From Bacteroidetes bacterium UKL13-3 (GTDB lineage: Bacteria; Bacteroidota; Bacteroidia; UKL13-3), in the NCBI GenBank assembly GCA_001602415.1, contig CP012155.1:2874824-2938823 (forward strand): 64,000 nucleotides of DNA, given 5' to 3'. The translations under genes were made by a program, and so were the position numbers. The notes under the pieces are model-generated. The model ran no database searches and had not been told where the DNA came from. It was given only the letters and a program-made list of their open reading frames with translations. This document shows, in pieces, positions 39,732 through 50,697 of the stretch (the first letter of the stretch is position 1; each line of letters opens with the position of its first letter).

Positions 39732-41210
39732 CTACACCTCCTTGCGCAACCTTGCTACCGGAATATTTAATTGCTCACGGTATTTAGCTACGGTTCTGCG
39801 GGCAATATTGTATCCTTTGTCTTTCAGTATTTCCATCAATTTTTCATCGGGCAACGGCTTGTGTTTGTCTTCTGCTTCAATGGCATCTTTCAAAATTCTT
39901 TTCACCTCGCGGCTACTTACTTCTTCGCCATCATCGGTTGCTATACCTTCGCTAAAAAAGAACTTTAGCGGAATGGTGCCAAAATCAGTTTGAACATATT
40001 TGCTATTGGCAACTCGCGAAATAGTAGAAATATCCATTCCAACTTTTTCGGCAATATCTTTCAAAATCATGGGGCGCATTTTGGTTTCGTCACCCGTTTC
40101 GAAGTAGGCATACTGCTGCTGCAAAATCGCATTCATCGTCATCAACAAAGTATTCTGACGTTGTTTAATGGAATCGATAAACCACTTAGCTCCATCCAAT
40201 TTTTGCTTAATAAACTGAACGGTTTGTTTCAGTTCTTTACCGGGCTTTTCTGTTTTGTCATAAGCTTTTAGTGTTTCCATGTAACTGCGGCTAATGCGCA
40301 AATCGGGAGCGTTGCGCGAGTTGAGTAGCACTTCAAGTTTGCCCTCATTTTCCACCAAAATAAAATCGGGTGTAATATACTGTGGCTTCGAATCGGAAAC
40401 AGATTCACCCGGTTTAGGATTAAGGTGTGTAATTACCTTAATGGCATCTTTAAGTTGCTCATCTGTAATTTTGAGGGAACGAGTAAGTTTTTCGTAGTGC
40501 TTTTTGGTAAAATCATCGAAGTAATCGCGCAGCAAAACCTCAGCTATTCGCACCCCATCACGTGCGTGGTCCTTACGTTTTAGTTGCAACAATAAACACT
40601 CTTGTAAGCTAGTAGCGGCAATACCGGCAGGCTCTAGTGCTTGAATTTTTACCAAACAGGTTTTAAGTTCATCAATACTTGCCTCAATGTTTTGTGAAAA
40701 CGCCAAATCGTTTTGAATGGCTTCTAATGGTCTGCGCAAATAACCATCATCATCAATGGTGCCGATGATTTGGTTGCCCATTATTTGTTCGCGTTCATTT
40801 TCGGCAATGGCATTAAACTGCTCTGCTAATAGCTCATGAAAACTAGTTGTTTCGGCCAGGGGCATTTCCTTTTTATCGTCATCAGGACCTTCATCGCTCA
40901 GGTGAAATCCCTCCGAATCATAATCATCATTTACATATTCCTTGATATCGAGGGTTTCATCCGTTAAATAATCTTCCACCGAAACATTGTCCTCTTGCCC
41001 ATCGTCTGCCGTTTCAGCCTCTTTAATATCCGACTCGAGCGGAGCAGCTGCATCCTCGTCTTCCGACTTTACCAATGCTGGGTTCTCAATGAGTTCGTCA
41101 TCAATTCGTTGCTGTAAATCAACCGTGTTGAGTTGCAACAATTTAATAAATTGTATTTGCTGTGGCGACAGCTTTTGCAGCAGTTTTTGTTGTAATCCCT
41201 GTTTTAACAT
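39732..41210 (-). CDS. rpoN: RNA polymerase sigma-54 factor
   Basis: N-terminal Gln/Leu-rich activator-interacting region (MLKQGLQQKLLQKLSPQQIQFIKLLQL). C-terminal RpoN box ARRTVAKYRE. Confidence 0.9.
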   Translation of the reverse strand: MLKQGLQQKLLQKLSPQQIQFIKLLQLNTVDLQQRIDDELIENPALVKSEDEDAAAPLESDIKEAETADDGQEDNVSVEDYLTDETLDIKEYVNDDYDSEGFHLSDEGPDDDKKEMPLAETTSFHELLAEQFNAIAENEREQIMGNQIIGTIDDDGYLRRPLEAIQNDLAFSQNIEASIDELKTCLVKIQALEPAGIAATSLQECLLLQLKRKDHARDGVRIAEVLLRDYFDDFTKKHYEKLTRSLKITDEQLKDAIKVITHLNPKPGESVSDSKPQYITPDFILVENEGKLEVLLNSRNAPDLRISRSYMETLKAYDKTEKPGKELKQTVQFIKQKLDGAKWFIDSIKQRQNTLLMTMNAILQQQYAYFETGDETKMRPMILKDIAEKVGMDISTISRVANSKYVQTDFGTIPLKFFFSEGIATDDGEEVSSREVKRILKDAIEAEDKHKPLPDEKLMEILKDKGYNIARRTVAKYREQLNIPVARLRKEV

Positions 41211-41303
41211 TAGTGTGGGTTAGCTAAAAATTATGCCAAAGTCCGTTTTGCTAGGCATAAATTATTATTTTCGCGCAGTATTAATCGCTAACAAAAGTAA
41301 GGA

Positions 41304-42818
41304 ATGTATATTAAAGATTTGAGTTTGCATGAGGAGAAAGAAATAACCCTGCAAGGTTGGGCGGCCAACAAACGCGAAAGCAAGGGGTTGGTTTTTATCA
41401 TTTTGCGTGATGGAACAGGCTTGTGCCAGTGTGTGGTAGATGCCAATAAAGTTTCGGAAGAAATATTTGCACATGCCCAAAAAGTGTCGCTTGAAACATC
41501 GTTGAGCATTACCGGAACGGTAGTAAAAGATGATCGTCAGGTGGGTGGATATGAATTGCAAGCCACTTCTGTGACCATTATTGGAGGTTCGGTTGATTAC
41601 CCGATTGCTAAAAAAGAGCATGGAGTTGAGTTTCTGATGGATCACCGTCATTTGTGGTTGCGCAGCCAGCGTCAGTGGGCGATTATGAAAATTCGTAACC
41701 GTATTATTTATTCCATACACCAGTTTTTTCAAGAAGAAGGATATATTCAGATGGATGCTCCGTTGTTTACCGCTAATGCATCTGAAGGAACCTCAACCTT
41801 GTTTGAAACTGATTTTTATGGAGAGCCTTCGTATCTATCGCAATCGGGCCAATTGTATGGTGAAGCAATGGCAATGGCAATGGGAAAAATATACACGTTC
41901 GGTCCAACCTTTCGTGCCGAGAAATCTAAAACCCGCAGGCATTTATCCGAGTTTTGGATGATTGAGCCGGAGATGGCGTTTCATGATATTTTTCAAAACA
42001 TGGATGTGATTGAAGCCTTTTTACGCAAGGTTGTTTCGGATGTATTGGCGGAGTGTAAAAACGAGTTGGCCATTATTGGAAGAGACACAGCATTGCTCGA
42101 AAACATTGTGAAACCGTTCCCTCGTTTAACCTACGATGAGGCCGTAAAAATCATCAAAGGTGAAGAGAATGTAAATGGTGTGAATGCGATTGAGTCGTTG
42201 GAAGAAGAGTTGAAAAAAGTAGTAGCACGAATGGAAGAGGTGAAGGCAGAAATAGCAGAGCGTGAAGAAAAGATTAAAGTTCCGGGTATGAAAAAAGGAG
42301 AGATTGGATTTAATCAAGCCAAGATAGATAAGCTGAAACAGGAGTTGGCAGATTTGGAAGAAGATCAACGCAATATTCCGGGATGGCTCAACAGTGCCCG
42401 TAATTTTGAATATGGAAACGATTTCGGAGGAAGCGATGAAACGGTTATCACCCGATTGTTCGACCGCCCAATTATGGTTTACAATTGGCCACATGAGGTA
42501 AAAGCATTCTATTTAAAGCGTGATCCGAATAACAGTCATTTTGCGCGTGGTGTGGATGTTTTGGCTCCAGAAGGATACGGAGAAATTGTTGGTGGTGGAG
42601 AACGTGAAACAGACTTAACGTTATTGGTTGATAAGATTAACGAACATAAACTACCAATGGAAGCCTTTGAGTGGTACCTTGATTTGCGCAGATTTGGTTC
42701 GGTGCCACATGCAGGTTTTGGCTTGGGCTTAGAGCGTTTGGTAACTTGGGTGTGTAAATTGCCGCATGTGCGCGAAAGTATTCCATTCCCACGCATGTAT
42801 GGTCGATTGAAGCCGTAG
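41304..42818 (+). CDS. asnS: asparagine--tRNA ligase (Bacteroidetes-type with insertion)
   Basis: Class II aaRS motifs: FRAE (motif 2 region), GFGLGLERL (motif 3). Anticodon-binding OB N-terminus. A ~40-aa coiled-coil insertion is present. Confidence 0.85.
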   Translation: MYIKDLSLHEEKEITLQGWAANKRESKGLVFIILRDGTGLCQCVVDANKVSEEIFAHAQKVSLETSLSITGTVVKDDRQVGGYELQATSVTIIGGSVDYPIAKKEHGVEFLMDHRHLWLRSQRQWAIMKIRNRIIYSIHQFFQEEGYIQMDAPLFTANASEGTSTLFETDFYGEPSYLSQSGQLYGEAMAMAMGKIYTFGPTFRAEKSKTRRHLSEFWMIEPEMAFHDIFQNMDVIEAFLRKVVSDVLAECKNELAIIGRDTALLENIVKPFPRLTYDEAVKIIKGEENVNGVNAIESLEEELKKVVARMEEVKAEIAEREEKIKVPGMKKGEIGFNQAKIDKLKQELADLEEDQRNIPGWLNSARNFEYGNDFGGSDETVITRLFDRPIMVYNWPHEVKAFYLKRDPNNSHFARGVDVLAPEGYGEIVGGGERETDLTLLVDKINEHKLPMEAFEWYLDLRRFGSVPHAGFGLGLERLVTWVCKLPHVRESIPFPRMYGRLKP

Positions 42819-42896
42819 GTTGGTTAATTGGGTTAATTAAGTAATTAGGAACCTTAAACAACTCAATCAACCTTACTACTCAAATACTTCTCTCCA

Positions 42897-44084
42897 TTGA
42901 AAAACAACAATAATATCAGCAGTTTAGCAGGATTATGTAAGAACATTGTTCTATGTCTTGTGTTGTTTTTTATTTTTCACAGTGCAATTGGTCAACCCAA
43001 TATTACCAGGCCTGTTCGTAAATCGTTTATTCTGCGCACAATGGATTGGGGTTATAGAATTATTGAGGGCGACTCGGCACATCCGCGCAAGCGTTATATT
43101 TTTCCCTTCCCCATTATTGCATACAAACCCGAAACACGCTGGATTCTTGGTGTATCTGTTACCAATATTTTTCGTTTGAGCAATGATAGTGTTACCCGAC
43201 CATCATACGCACGCTTAAATATTGCTTATTCTCAGGAGAAACAATTTTCGGTTCGCCCCAGTATTGAGTGTTTTACAAAAGGTAATAAATGGAATATTCG
43301 AGCAATGTACGGGTACACCAATTTTGCCGAAAATTTTTGGGGACTTGGAAAAAATGCTGTCGCTTCCAATAAGGAATTGTATTTTTTTAATCAACATAAA
43401 GCCTCACTCAAAGTTGCCAATCAGGTGCTGCCACATTTGTTTGTGGGAGCGCAGTATAGCTTGGAACAACTTTATGATATTCGTTCGATAAGGGGCGGAT
43501 TGTTTGAAACTTCTAACTTAGTTGGAGGCACCGGTTATTTGGTTTCGGGCGCAGGGTTAACAGTGTATTATGATAACCGTGATCATATTTATTTTCCGCA
43601 CAACGGACAGATCATTGAGTTGTCGAATTTATTTAACCAAAAGTTTTTGGGTAGTGAGTATACCTTTTTTAATATCACCCTTGATGCGCGAAAATACATC
43701 CATCTGTGGAAGGAAAACGTATTGGCAATACAAGGGTTTATGAATATTAATGAAGGTGATATTCCTTTTAGAATGTTGGGTGTTATTGGAAGTGATGTGT
43801 TTATGAGAGGCTATTATAACGGTCGTTTTAGAGATAACCATGCTATGGCTTTTCAAGCAGAGTTACGCAAAACAATTTGGGGGCCAATAGGATGTGTGGT
43901 ATTTGCAGGAGGCGGAACAGTTGGCAGAATCCCCTCGGAATTAACCTCGGGAATTAAACCCAATATTGGATTTGGATTGAGGGTTAAAGCTATTCCGCGA
44001 GAACGGGTAAATGTTCGTGCCGATTGGGGTTTTGGCGAAAATGGAATCAATGCGCTTTACATTGGCTTGAATGAAGCATTTTAG
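42897..44084 (+). CDS. Omp85/BamA-TamA-type outer membrane beta-barrel protein without POTRA domains
   Basis: 395 aa with signal peptide. The C-terminal strand pattern (GFGLRVKAIPRERVNVRADWGFGENGINALYIGLNEAF) is typical of bacterial surface antigen D15 barrels. Confidence 0.55.
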   Translation: MKNNNNISSLAGLCKNIVLCLVLFFIFHSAIGQPNITRPVRKSFILRTMDWGYRIIEGDSAHPRKRYIFPFPIIAYKPETRWILGVSVTNIFRLSNDSVTRPSYARLNIAYSQEKQFSVRPSIECFTKGNKWNIRAMYGYTNFAENFWGLGKNAVASNKELYFFNQHKASLKVANQVLPHLFVGAQYSLEQLYDIRSIRGGLFETSNLVGGTGYLVSGAGLTVYYDNRDHIYFPHNGQIIELSNLFNQKFLGSEYTFFNITLDARKYIHLWKENVLAIQGFMNINEGDIPFRMLGVIGSDVFMRGYYNGRFRDNHAMAFQAELRKTIWGPIGCVVFAGGGTVGRIPSELTSGIKPNIGFGLRVKAIPRERVNVRADWGFGENGINALYIGLNEAF

Positions 44085-44270
44085 TTTCGGAATTGGAATC
44101 TGTCGAATCGGTATACTATCGGGTGAGTTAACCGAAGCCGGGCCTGTTTTTTGCCTACTGCCTACTTTCTTTTTGATAATTTTATGTAAGTAAGAAACCT
44201 TCTCCAAAATTAACCGCATACTTTTATCCAGTTTATTCTTCTGTTATTTTCGCAAATTGCTCAATCATCT

Positions 44271-44513
44271 ATGAACGAAACAAATCTTCCAACATACACC
44301 CGCTCACAACTTGCGCTGCGCAATGGTCAAGATAAACCAGAGGTTTGGGTTGCTTATAAAGGTTTGATTTATGATGTTACACGAAGCAGGTTGTGGCGAA
44401 ATGGAAAGCACTATGAACATTGGGCCGGACAAGATCTTACAAACGAACTGAAAGATGCGCCACACACGCAAAGTGTATTTGAAAAATTTGATGCTGTGGG
44501 GAAATTGGTATAA
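44271..44513 (+). CDS. cytochrome b5-like heme/steroid-binding domain protein
   Basis: 80 aa. ...WVAYKGLIYDVT...HWAGQDLT... matches the cyt-b5 fold signature. Confidence 0.65.
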   Translation: MNETNLPTYTRSQLALRNGQDKPEVWVAYKGLIYDVTRSRLWRNGKHYEHWAGQDLTNELKDAPHTQSVFEKFDAVGKLV

Positions 44514-44529
44514 CGTTATCAAAGAATCT

Positions 44530-45219
44530 TTAAACCAATTTCTTTGGAGTAGTGCCTACGAAATCTTTCAAATAATAAGGTTCAAAATAAGCCACATCTT
44601 CGAATTGTTGTTGTGTAAATGCCTCTACCGCTAACCTATGCATTCCTTTTGCCGAACAATGAATATTGGCAACAAAACGGGCATTGGTATGAGTTATAGT
44701 GGTTTCACACTTAACAGCACCATTCCCGAAAAAATAAACAGTACCGCTGTTCAATTCATCAGTAAACGATTGAGCATCTATTATTTTAGCTTCAGTTACG
44801 CGTTCTTCATGTAACAGATGATTGTATCCGGCACAATACACTTCCATTCTTCGTGCATCCAACATGGATAGGCATAAATCGTTTTCTTCCAACCTAACTG
44901 TTTCAACAAACTGCGCAGCCAATGATTGAAGCGTAGGAATAGCTAATAGCGGTTTGTTTAGTGCATAACACAATCCTTTTGCCGTGCTTACCCCAACACG
45001 CAGTCCGGTATAACTTCCGGGGCCTTTACTCACAGCTATGGCATCTAATTGTTGTAACGTAAATCCTGCTTGTTTGAGCGCGGCTTCTATTAAGCCAGTG
45101 AGTTGCGAAGCATGCGCATTTCCCTCGTGGTTTTCACACACAGAAAGGATATTGGTTTCCGAAACAATAGCTACGGAGCATATTTCAGTAGCCGTTTCAA
45201 TACACAGGATGATACTCAT
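44530..45219 (-). CDS. tsaB: tRNA threonylcarbamoyladenosine biosynthesis protein TsaB
   Basis: MSIILCIETATEICSVAIV...AVSKGPGSYTGLRVGVSTAKGL. Start taken at the internal Met. Confidence 0.85.
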   Translation of the reverse strand: MSIILCIETATEICSVAIVSETNILSVCENHEGNAHASQLTGLIEAALKQAGFTLQQLDAIAVSKGPGSYTGLRVGVSTAKGLCYALNKPLLAIPTLQSLAAQFVETVRLEENDLCLSMLDARRMEVYCAGYNHLLHEERVTEAKIIDAQSFTDELNSGTVYFFGNGAVKCETTITHTNARFVANIHCSAKGMHRLAVEAFTQQQFEDVAYFEPYYLKDFVGTTPKKLV

Positions 45220-45320
45220 GGGCCAAAAATACACAAAGTTTGCGGTACATCGTTAAGCCTCAGTACGGTGAAGAAAACATTAACGAGAGTCGGTAAAATT
45301 TAATAAATTCGCCATCCGAA

Positions 45321-47027
45321 ATGACCAAACGCTGGACACATAAACCCGAACCTGATAGCAAATTGGTTGAACAAGTATCAACCACCATCAATGTCAATAA
45401 GATATTGTCGGGTATATTGGTGCAGCGTGGAATCAACCATTACGATATCGCCAAAAAATTCTTCCGCCCACAATACGCTGATTTGCACGATCCTTTTTTG
45501 ATGAAAGGAATGGCAAAAGCGGTAAAACGTATTGACGAAGCCATCGCCAATAACCAAAAAATTCTGGTGTATGGGGATTACGATGTAGATGGAACCACCT
45601 CGGTAGCTATTATTTACGACTTCTTCCAAAAACGCTATCCTCACATCGACTTTTACATTCCCGATCGTTACACTGAAGGGTATGGCATTTCGTTTATGTC
45701 AATTGATTGGGCTTCTAACAATGGGTTTTCGTTGATTATTGCATTGGATTGTGGTATTAAAGCCAACGATAAAGTGCGATATGCCAACAACAAAGGCATT
45801 GATTTTATTATTTGCGATCACCATTTACCGGGTGATGAAGTTCCGGATGCGGTGGCTATTTTAAATCCAAAACAGTTGGATTGCACCTACCCGTTTAAAG
45901 AACTTTCGGGCTGTGGCATTGGATTTAAATTGCTTCAGGGATATGCCCAAGAGCATGAAATTCCTTTTATAGAAATAGAAAAATATATTGACCTGGTTGC
46001 TGTAAGTATATCAGCCGACTTGGTTCCCATTTTGGATGAGAACCGTATTTTGGTTCACTTCGGATTGAAAAAATTGAAGTCGAATCCCAATGTTGGGTTG
46101 AAAGCTTTATTGGAAGCATACGCACCCAAGCCGGAATTTTCGGTAAGTGATGTGGTCTTTTTTATCGGTCCGCGCATTAACGCAGCCGGACGTATTGCCG
46201 ATGCCAAAGATTCGGTAAGGTTAATGACAGCTGATGATTATGGTAAGGCCAAAGAAATTGCAGAATTAGTGAATCACCACAATATGGAGCGCAGAGGTTT
46301 TGACCTTTCCATCACCGAACAAGCTTTTGAAATGGTAGAGAATGATGAAACATTTGTGCAGCGTAAGTCAACGGTGCTGTTTCACAACGAGTGGCATAAA
46401 GGAGTAATCGGTATTGTTGCCTCTCGCTTGATTGAAAAGTACTATCGTCCAACCATTGTATTAACAGAGTCGAACGGATTGGCAACAGGTTCGGCACGTT
46501 CCGTAGAAGGTTTTGATTTATATAACGCCATTGAGCAGTGTTCCGATTTATTGGAGCAATACGGTGGGCACACGCATGCTGCAGGATTAACCATGAAACT
46601 GGATAATGTAAAACAGTTTGCGGCTAAGTTTGAAACGGTGGTTGCCGATAATATCAAGGAAAGAAGTTTAACACCCGAAATTGAATACGATGCGGAAATT
46701 CCATTGAGAGCTATTACACCTAAGTTCTTCAGCGTTCTTAAACAGTTCTCTCCTTTTGGTCCGGGTAACCACAGTCCGATTTTTATGAGTAAAAATGTGT
46801 GGGATGTAGGTGATGTAACGATTGTTGGAAATAACCACCTGAAATTAAGTTTAACGCAGGAAGAAGGCGGACGTATTTTTAAAGCCATTGCCTTTGGCTT
46901 AGGCGAACATTACGATAAAGTAGCACAAGGAATCTCCTTTGATATTTGCTACACGATCGAAGAAAATCATTTTAACGGACATGTGAATTTGCAGTTGAAT
47001 ATAAAAGATATTTTGTTCAGAGGTTAG
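45321..47027 (+). CDS. recJ: single-stranded-DNA-specific exonuclease RecJ
   Basis: DHH motifs (VYGDYDVDGTTS, ICDHHLP) and DHHA1 region. 568 aa. Confidence 0.9.
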   Translation: MTKRWTHKPEPDSKLVEQVSTTINVNKILSGILVQRGINHYDIAKKFFRPQYADLHDPFLMKGMAKAVKRIDEAIANNQKILVYGDYDVDGTTSVAIIYDFFQKRYPHIDFYIPDRYTEGYGISFMSIDWASNNGFSLIIALDCGIKANDKVRYANNKGIDFIICDHHLPGDEVPDAVAILNPKQLDCTYPFKELSGCGIGFKLLQGYAQEHEIPFIEIEKYIDLVAVSISADLVPILDENRILVHFGLKKLKSNPNVGLKALLEAYAPKPEFSVSDVVFFIGPRINAAGRIADAKDSVRLMTADDYGKAKEIAELVNHHNMERRGFDLSITEQAFEMVENDETFVQRKSTVLFHNEWHKGVIGIVASRLIEKYYRPTIVLTESNGLATGSARSVEGFDLYNAIEQCSDLLEQYGGHTHAAGLTMKLDNVKQFAAKFETVVADNIKERSLTPEIEYDAEIPLRAITPKFFSVLKQFSPFGPGNHSPIFMSKNVWDVGDVTIVGNNHLKLSLTQEEGGRIFKAIAFGLGEHYDKVAQGISFDICYTIEENHFNGHVNLQLNIKDILFRG

Positions 47028-47034
47028 TTTACTA

Positions 47035-48864
47035 TTATTCTTTTTTGAGAAGCACTTTACTTGAAAATACGCTACCTGTAGAATATGTAACTGTAACAAT
47101 ATAGTATCCCTCTGAAGGAAGCATCTCCAAGTTAAGTTTGGTATCGAAATTATCCACTACTCTTTCCAACAACACTCTACCCTGCATGGAAGCAATTCTC
47201 ACATTTATGGGCGCATTCTTCATGTCAGGATTCACTTGAATATATTCACCAGCCGGATTAGGATAAACCAAAGGGCTCAAATTCTTTGTCATATCATATT
47301 GATTCGAAATACCAACAGGAGAGCCATTCGTATTGGTTATAAAATATAATCTGCCATATGGAGAGCTAAAATCACGAATATTGCGAGTTGCAACGATATC
47401 CGGTCTACCGTCCCTGTTGAAATCTGCAATGGTCAACCCAAATGGATTGGTCATCACAACAGGCATTCGCTCTGAAGAATAATCCGCTTCTGATATATAC
47501 CTGGTGTCCGTGGCTGTATTCCAATTAATCAGTAAAGCACTGGTCCAATTGGTTGTGATGATATCGTTCTTCCCATCACCGTTTAAATCCGCAATCTTAA
47601 TCTGATAATATTGAGTAAACTGATCATTCACCTGTGACGGTTTAATAAACAATCGCTCGAATCCCGTTGTATCCATGATATTCAATTGCTGTTTATTAAG
47701 TAGAATCAACACAAATGAATCTTGCATCGTTACCGCCAAATCATTTTTTCCATCATCATTTAAGTCGCCTGAAGTTACGTAATATGGAGATTTAGGGGTA
47801 ACAATAAAAACAGGCTGACTAAAACTAATTGCTCCATTAGGTTGAGAAGTATTTTTAAATAGTGCAATCGTTTTGTTGAATCCTTGTGTGACAAGAATAT
47901 CATCTTTCCCATCCCCTGTAAGGTCAACAACACAAATACCAAAAGGGCCGTCATTACTTGCCACTCCGGTAGCTAATTCTATAGTATCGGTAAAAGCAGT
48001 TTCGGTAATAGTCTTAGACGATAGATTGTTTTTGATCAAGATTATTTTAGATATACCAGGAGAAGAATTAGCCGATACAACGATATCGGGTAAACCATCT
48101 AAATTTAAATCTGATGTAACAACCTCCGCTAGTTGATTTGCGTTTAGGGTTAAACCTACAGCCTGACCGAATGAGGTCGAATCCAGTCCTCCTGCTGTAG
48201 CTTTGTTTTCGAATAGATATATTCTTTTTCCCATTTTTGACGTACACAAAATATCCTGCTTGCCATCTCCATTAATATCACTTACATAAACTGCATAAGC
48301 TGGAGTATCCATTCTGAGCTTGATACCGGGCTCAAAAGAATTATCATCCAATACACCGCCTATATATGTCAGAGGCATCTTGTTTCGCATCACCGTTAAT
48401 TGTTTCTCTGCATCACTTGTTACGATAATATCCATCCTTCCATCATTATCAATATCTCCATTACAAACGTACTGGGGTGTTCTGGGGATAAAGGCCTTTT
48501 GCACTTCAACGCGAGACAATAACATCTGATCTGGCAATGGTCCGTAGAATGTGGTCGAAAGAAATTGTTTTGAAACGGCTTGCTTGCCACCCGTAAGTAC
48601 ACTCACTCAACCATAGGTTGCTCCGATGGGAACAGTAAATTCAAGCATTTTTTCATTACCGGAAATAGTTTTTGCTTCCGCTCCCTCAAAAAATACTCTG
48701 TTCTGCTGAAAAGCAGAATTAAACCCATTACCATAAATCGTAACAGAAGTTAAGGGTTGGGCATGATAGGTTGAAAGGCTGTCTATCTGAATGCTTTGTG
48801 CAGAAGAATTAGATGCTATTAACGTAAAACCGAAAAGAAATAACAATACGGTTGACTTTTTCAT
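47035..48864 (-). pseudogene. FG-GAP/VCBS-repeat T9SS cargo gene interrupted by an in-frame TGA at 48607-48609
   Basis: An 85-aa ORF with signal peptide (48610-48864) and a 523-aa GTG-initiated ORF (47035-48606) share one frame, separated by a single TGA. The sequence reads through coherently (...TVPIGATYG*VSVLTGGKQAVS, IPT/TIG-like). The body has FG-GAP repeats (DINGDGK.D) and a C-terminal T9SS CTD (YPNPAGEYIQV...YYIVTVTYSTGSVFSSKVLLKKE). Confidence 0.65.
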
Positions 48865-48924
48865 TGGACTGAAGTAATATTGTTCATCCGATATTATAGA
48901 ACTCTATGAAGATATCAAAATTAA

Positions 48925-50055
48925 TCCCCCCTTGTCGTGACAAATTTATTTTTGTTCTTTAGCCAAACATCGCTGATTGTTTGTCGTGCTCAAGATTCGA
49001 ACATTTCTCCTAACGGCCAAAACATTGAACTTCTTTACAGCAGAACAAGATGTATTGAATGTACGTTTAATGGGTGCATATCTGTGAGGCAAGATGTAAG
49101 TCGTGTTTCTGACCTTAATGGATCCAGAATTGTAAATGGTCCTATCGAGATATCTGTTTACAAATTCCCTTGCGCTTGTAATCAAGGACCTGTGATCCCA
49201 GAAATTAAAGACGAAAGAAGATTTCCACCATACCCTTAGGCAAGATTAAATCAAGTTGTGGTAAATGGAACCGCTGCACCAATCAGAGGATTAACAAGGG
49301 ATAGAATAAACATTCCTTCAAGCACAACAACCTTCTATAATGTATTTAAAGCTGATAGAAGTGATGATGAGTTATTCGATATGCCGGAGGCTGACTTCAT
49401 CCGGCTTCTAGATAAAGATTGGCCGAGTAAATATCCTAAGTTATCCTATAGACAAAATGCAAATGGAGACTTAGTTCCTTTTTATGAAACTGTACCTCAA
49501 ATTGCTTGTTGACTCGCCCCTTCTGGTTTCCTTACAGATGGAGGTAACTCTGAACAATTCAACGAATTTTTGAATAAATTACGCGATATGCGTGCCAATG
49601 GAACCAGCACTGACGAATTAGACGCCTGGCTTTTGAAAATTGAAAATGTTTTGAATGGATTACGATCTGGACAACAGGTCATTGTCAGAAATGGAACAAT
49701 AGATATTGGAAAGGGGAATAGGCACTTATACTATGGGGACTGTCGCTGGGACTTCGAATTTTGGTTTAACGGAGGAGATTATTTAACTCTTAAAGAGTTA
49801 CTACCTGTTTCAATCGAAGAAAGTACTCAACCAACAGACTATTCCCAAACTGATTTAGTTTGGAGAAACACTTACCCAATTACCCATATCACTGCAACTA
49901 GACTTAATAATGGTGAAATGATTGCTGATGAAGATTATACTCTGGAAAAAGATATTAAAATAAACATCGCCTCTCTGAATTCAGGAGATATTCTGGCAGT
50001 AACAGCAGTATTATTCAATGGAGAAATCGTCAGTAAAAAGATTTTTATTCCTTAA
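48925..50055 (+). pseudogene. degraded ORF (three same-frame pieces separated by TAG 49237-49239 and TGA 49510-49512) with T9SS-CTD-like C-terminus
   Basis: Frame 1 is open for ~377 codons with two internal stops and no ATG at its head. The pieces initiate only with GTG/GTG/TTG. The last piece ends INIASLNSGDILAVTAVLFNGEIVSKKIFIP, which resembles a T9SS CTD. Confidence 0.35.
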
Positions 50056-50097
50056 TTATCAAATTGTAAAAATCTTCTTAAATCAAGCAAAGAGAGG

Positions 50098-50643
50098 TTA
50101 ATCAACTTTGCCCGCTCCGGCATAATACGTTTTATAGTACTTTTCGCTCAGGTGGTTAATCATCAAGCCTCTTGAACTGCTTACGTGTGCAAACCAGTTA
50201 TCTTTTAAGTAAATGCCAACGTGCGATATTTTGCTGGATTTAATTTTGAAAAAAATTAAGTCGCCCTCTTTCAGCTCCATTGAATCAATCCGTTTGGTTT
50301 GGTTAAACATTTCCACTGAATTACGCGGTAATATTCTTTGGTATACTTCCTCGTAGACCATACGTACAAAACACGAACAATCGGTTCCGCGTTTATCACA
50401 TCCTCCGTCTTTATGAGGCACACCCAGCCATTCCCCCACAAAGGAATAGAGCTTAAAATTATCCTTTCGATCTACTTCCAGGTTTAACTTTTCGCTGAGG
50501 AATCTGTATTCTTTTTGCTTATGTGTAGGCTCTTTTGCTTTGGAAACAGTCGTTCCTTTTTTGCTTTTACACGCAACTAGGAACAAAACAACAGCCATCA
50601 GCCAGATACTTTTCGAGCGAATCATGAAGCAACAATACTTCAT
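50098..50643 (-). CDS. NlpC/P60 (C40) family peptidase lipoprotein
   Basis: Lipobox LVAC. Catalytic Cys context DCSCFV and His context ISHVGIY, typical of NlpC/P60. Confidence 0.75.
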   Translation of the reverse strand: MKYCCFMIRSKSIWLMAVVLFLVACKSKKGTTVSKAKEPTHKQKEYRFLSEKLNLEVDRKDNFKLYSFVGEWLGVPHKDGGCDKRGTDCSCFVRMVYEEVYQRILPRNSVEMFNQTKRIDSMELKEGDLIFFKIKSSKISHVGIYLKDNWFAHVSSSRGLMINHLSEKYYKTYYAGAGKVD

Positions 50644-50697
50644 TTGTTGAAACAGAAAATAAACAAGTACACATTTAAGGTGTACAAAAAGAAGACA

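Noticed and set aside
41231-41260. Hairpin TTATGCC-15 nt-GGCATAA in the rpoN/asnS divergent intergenic region
   Set aside because: Short 7-bp stem in an AT-rich promoter region. Could be chance. No second copy and no flanking consensus, so it is not listed as a feature.
44085-44270. Possible terminator after the Omp85-like gene (GCCGGGCCTGTTTTTTGCC)
   Set aside because: The stem is too short and imperfect to call. Only the T-run is clear.
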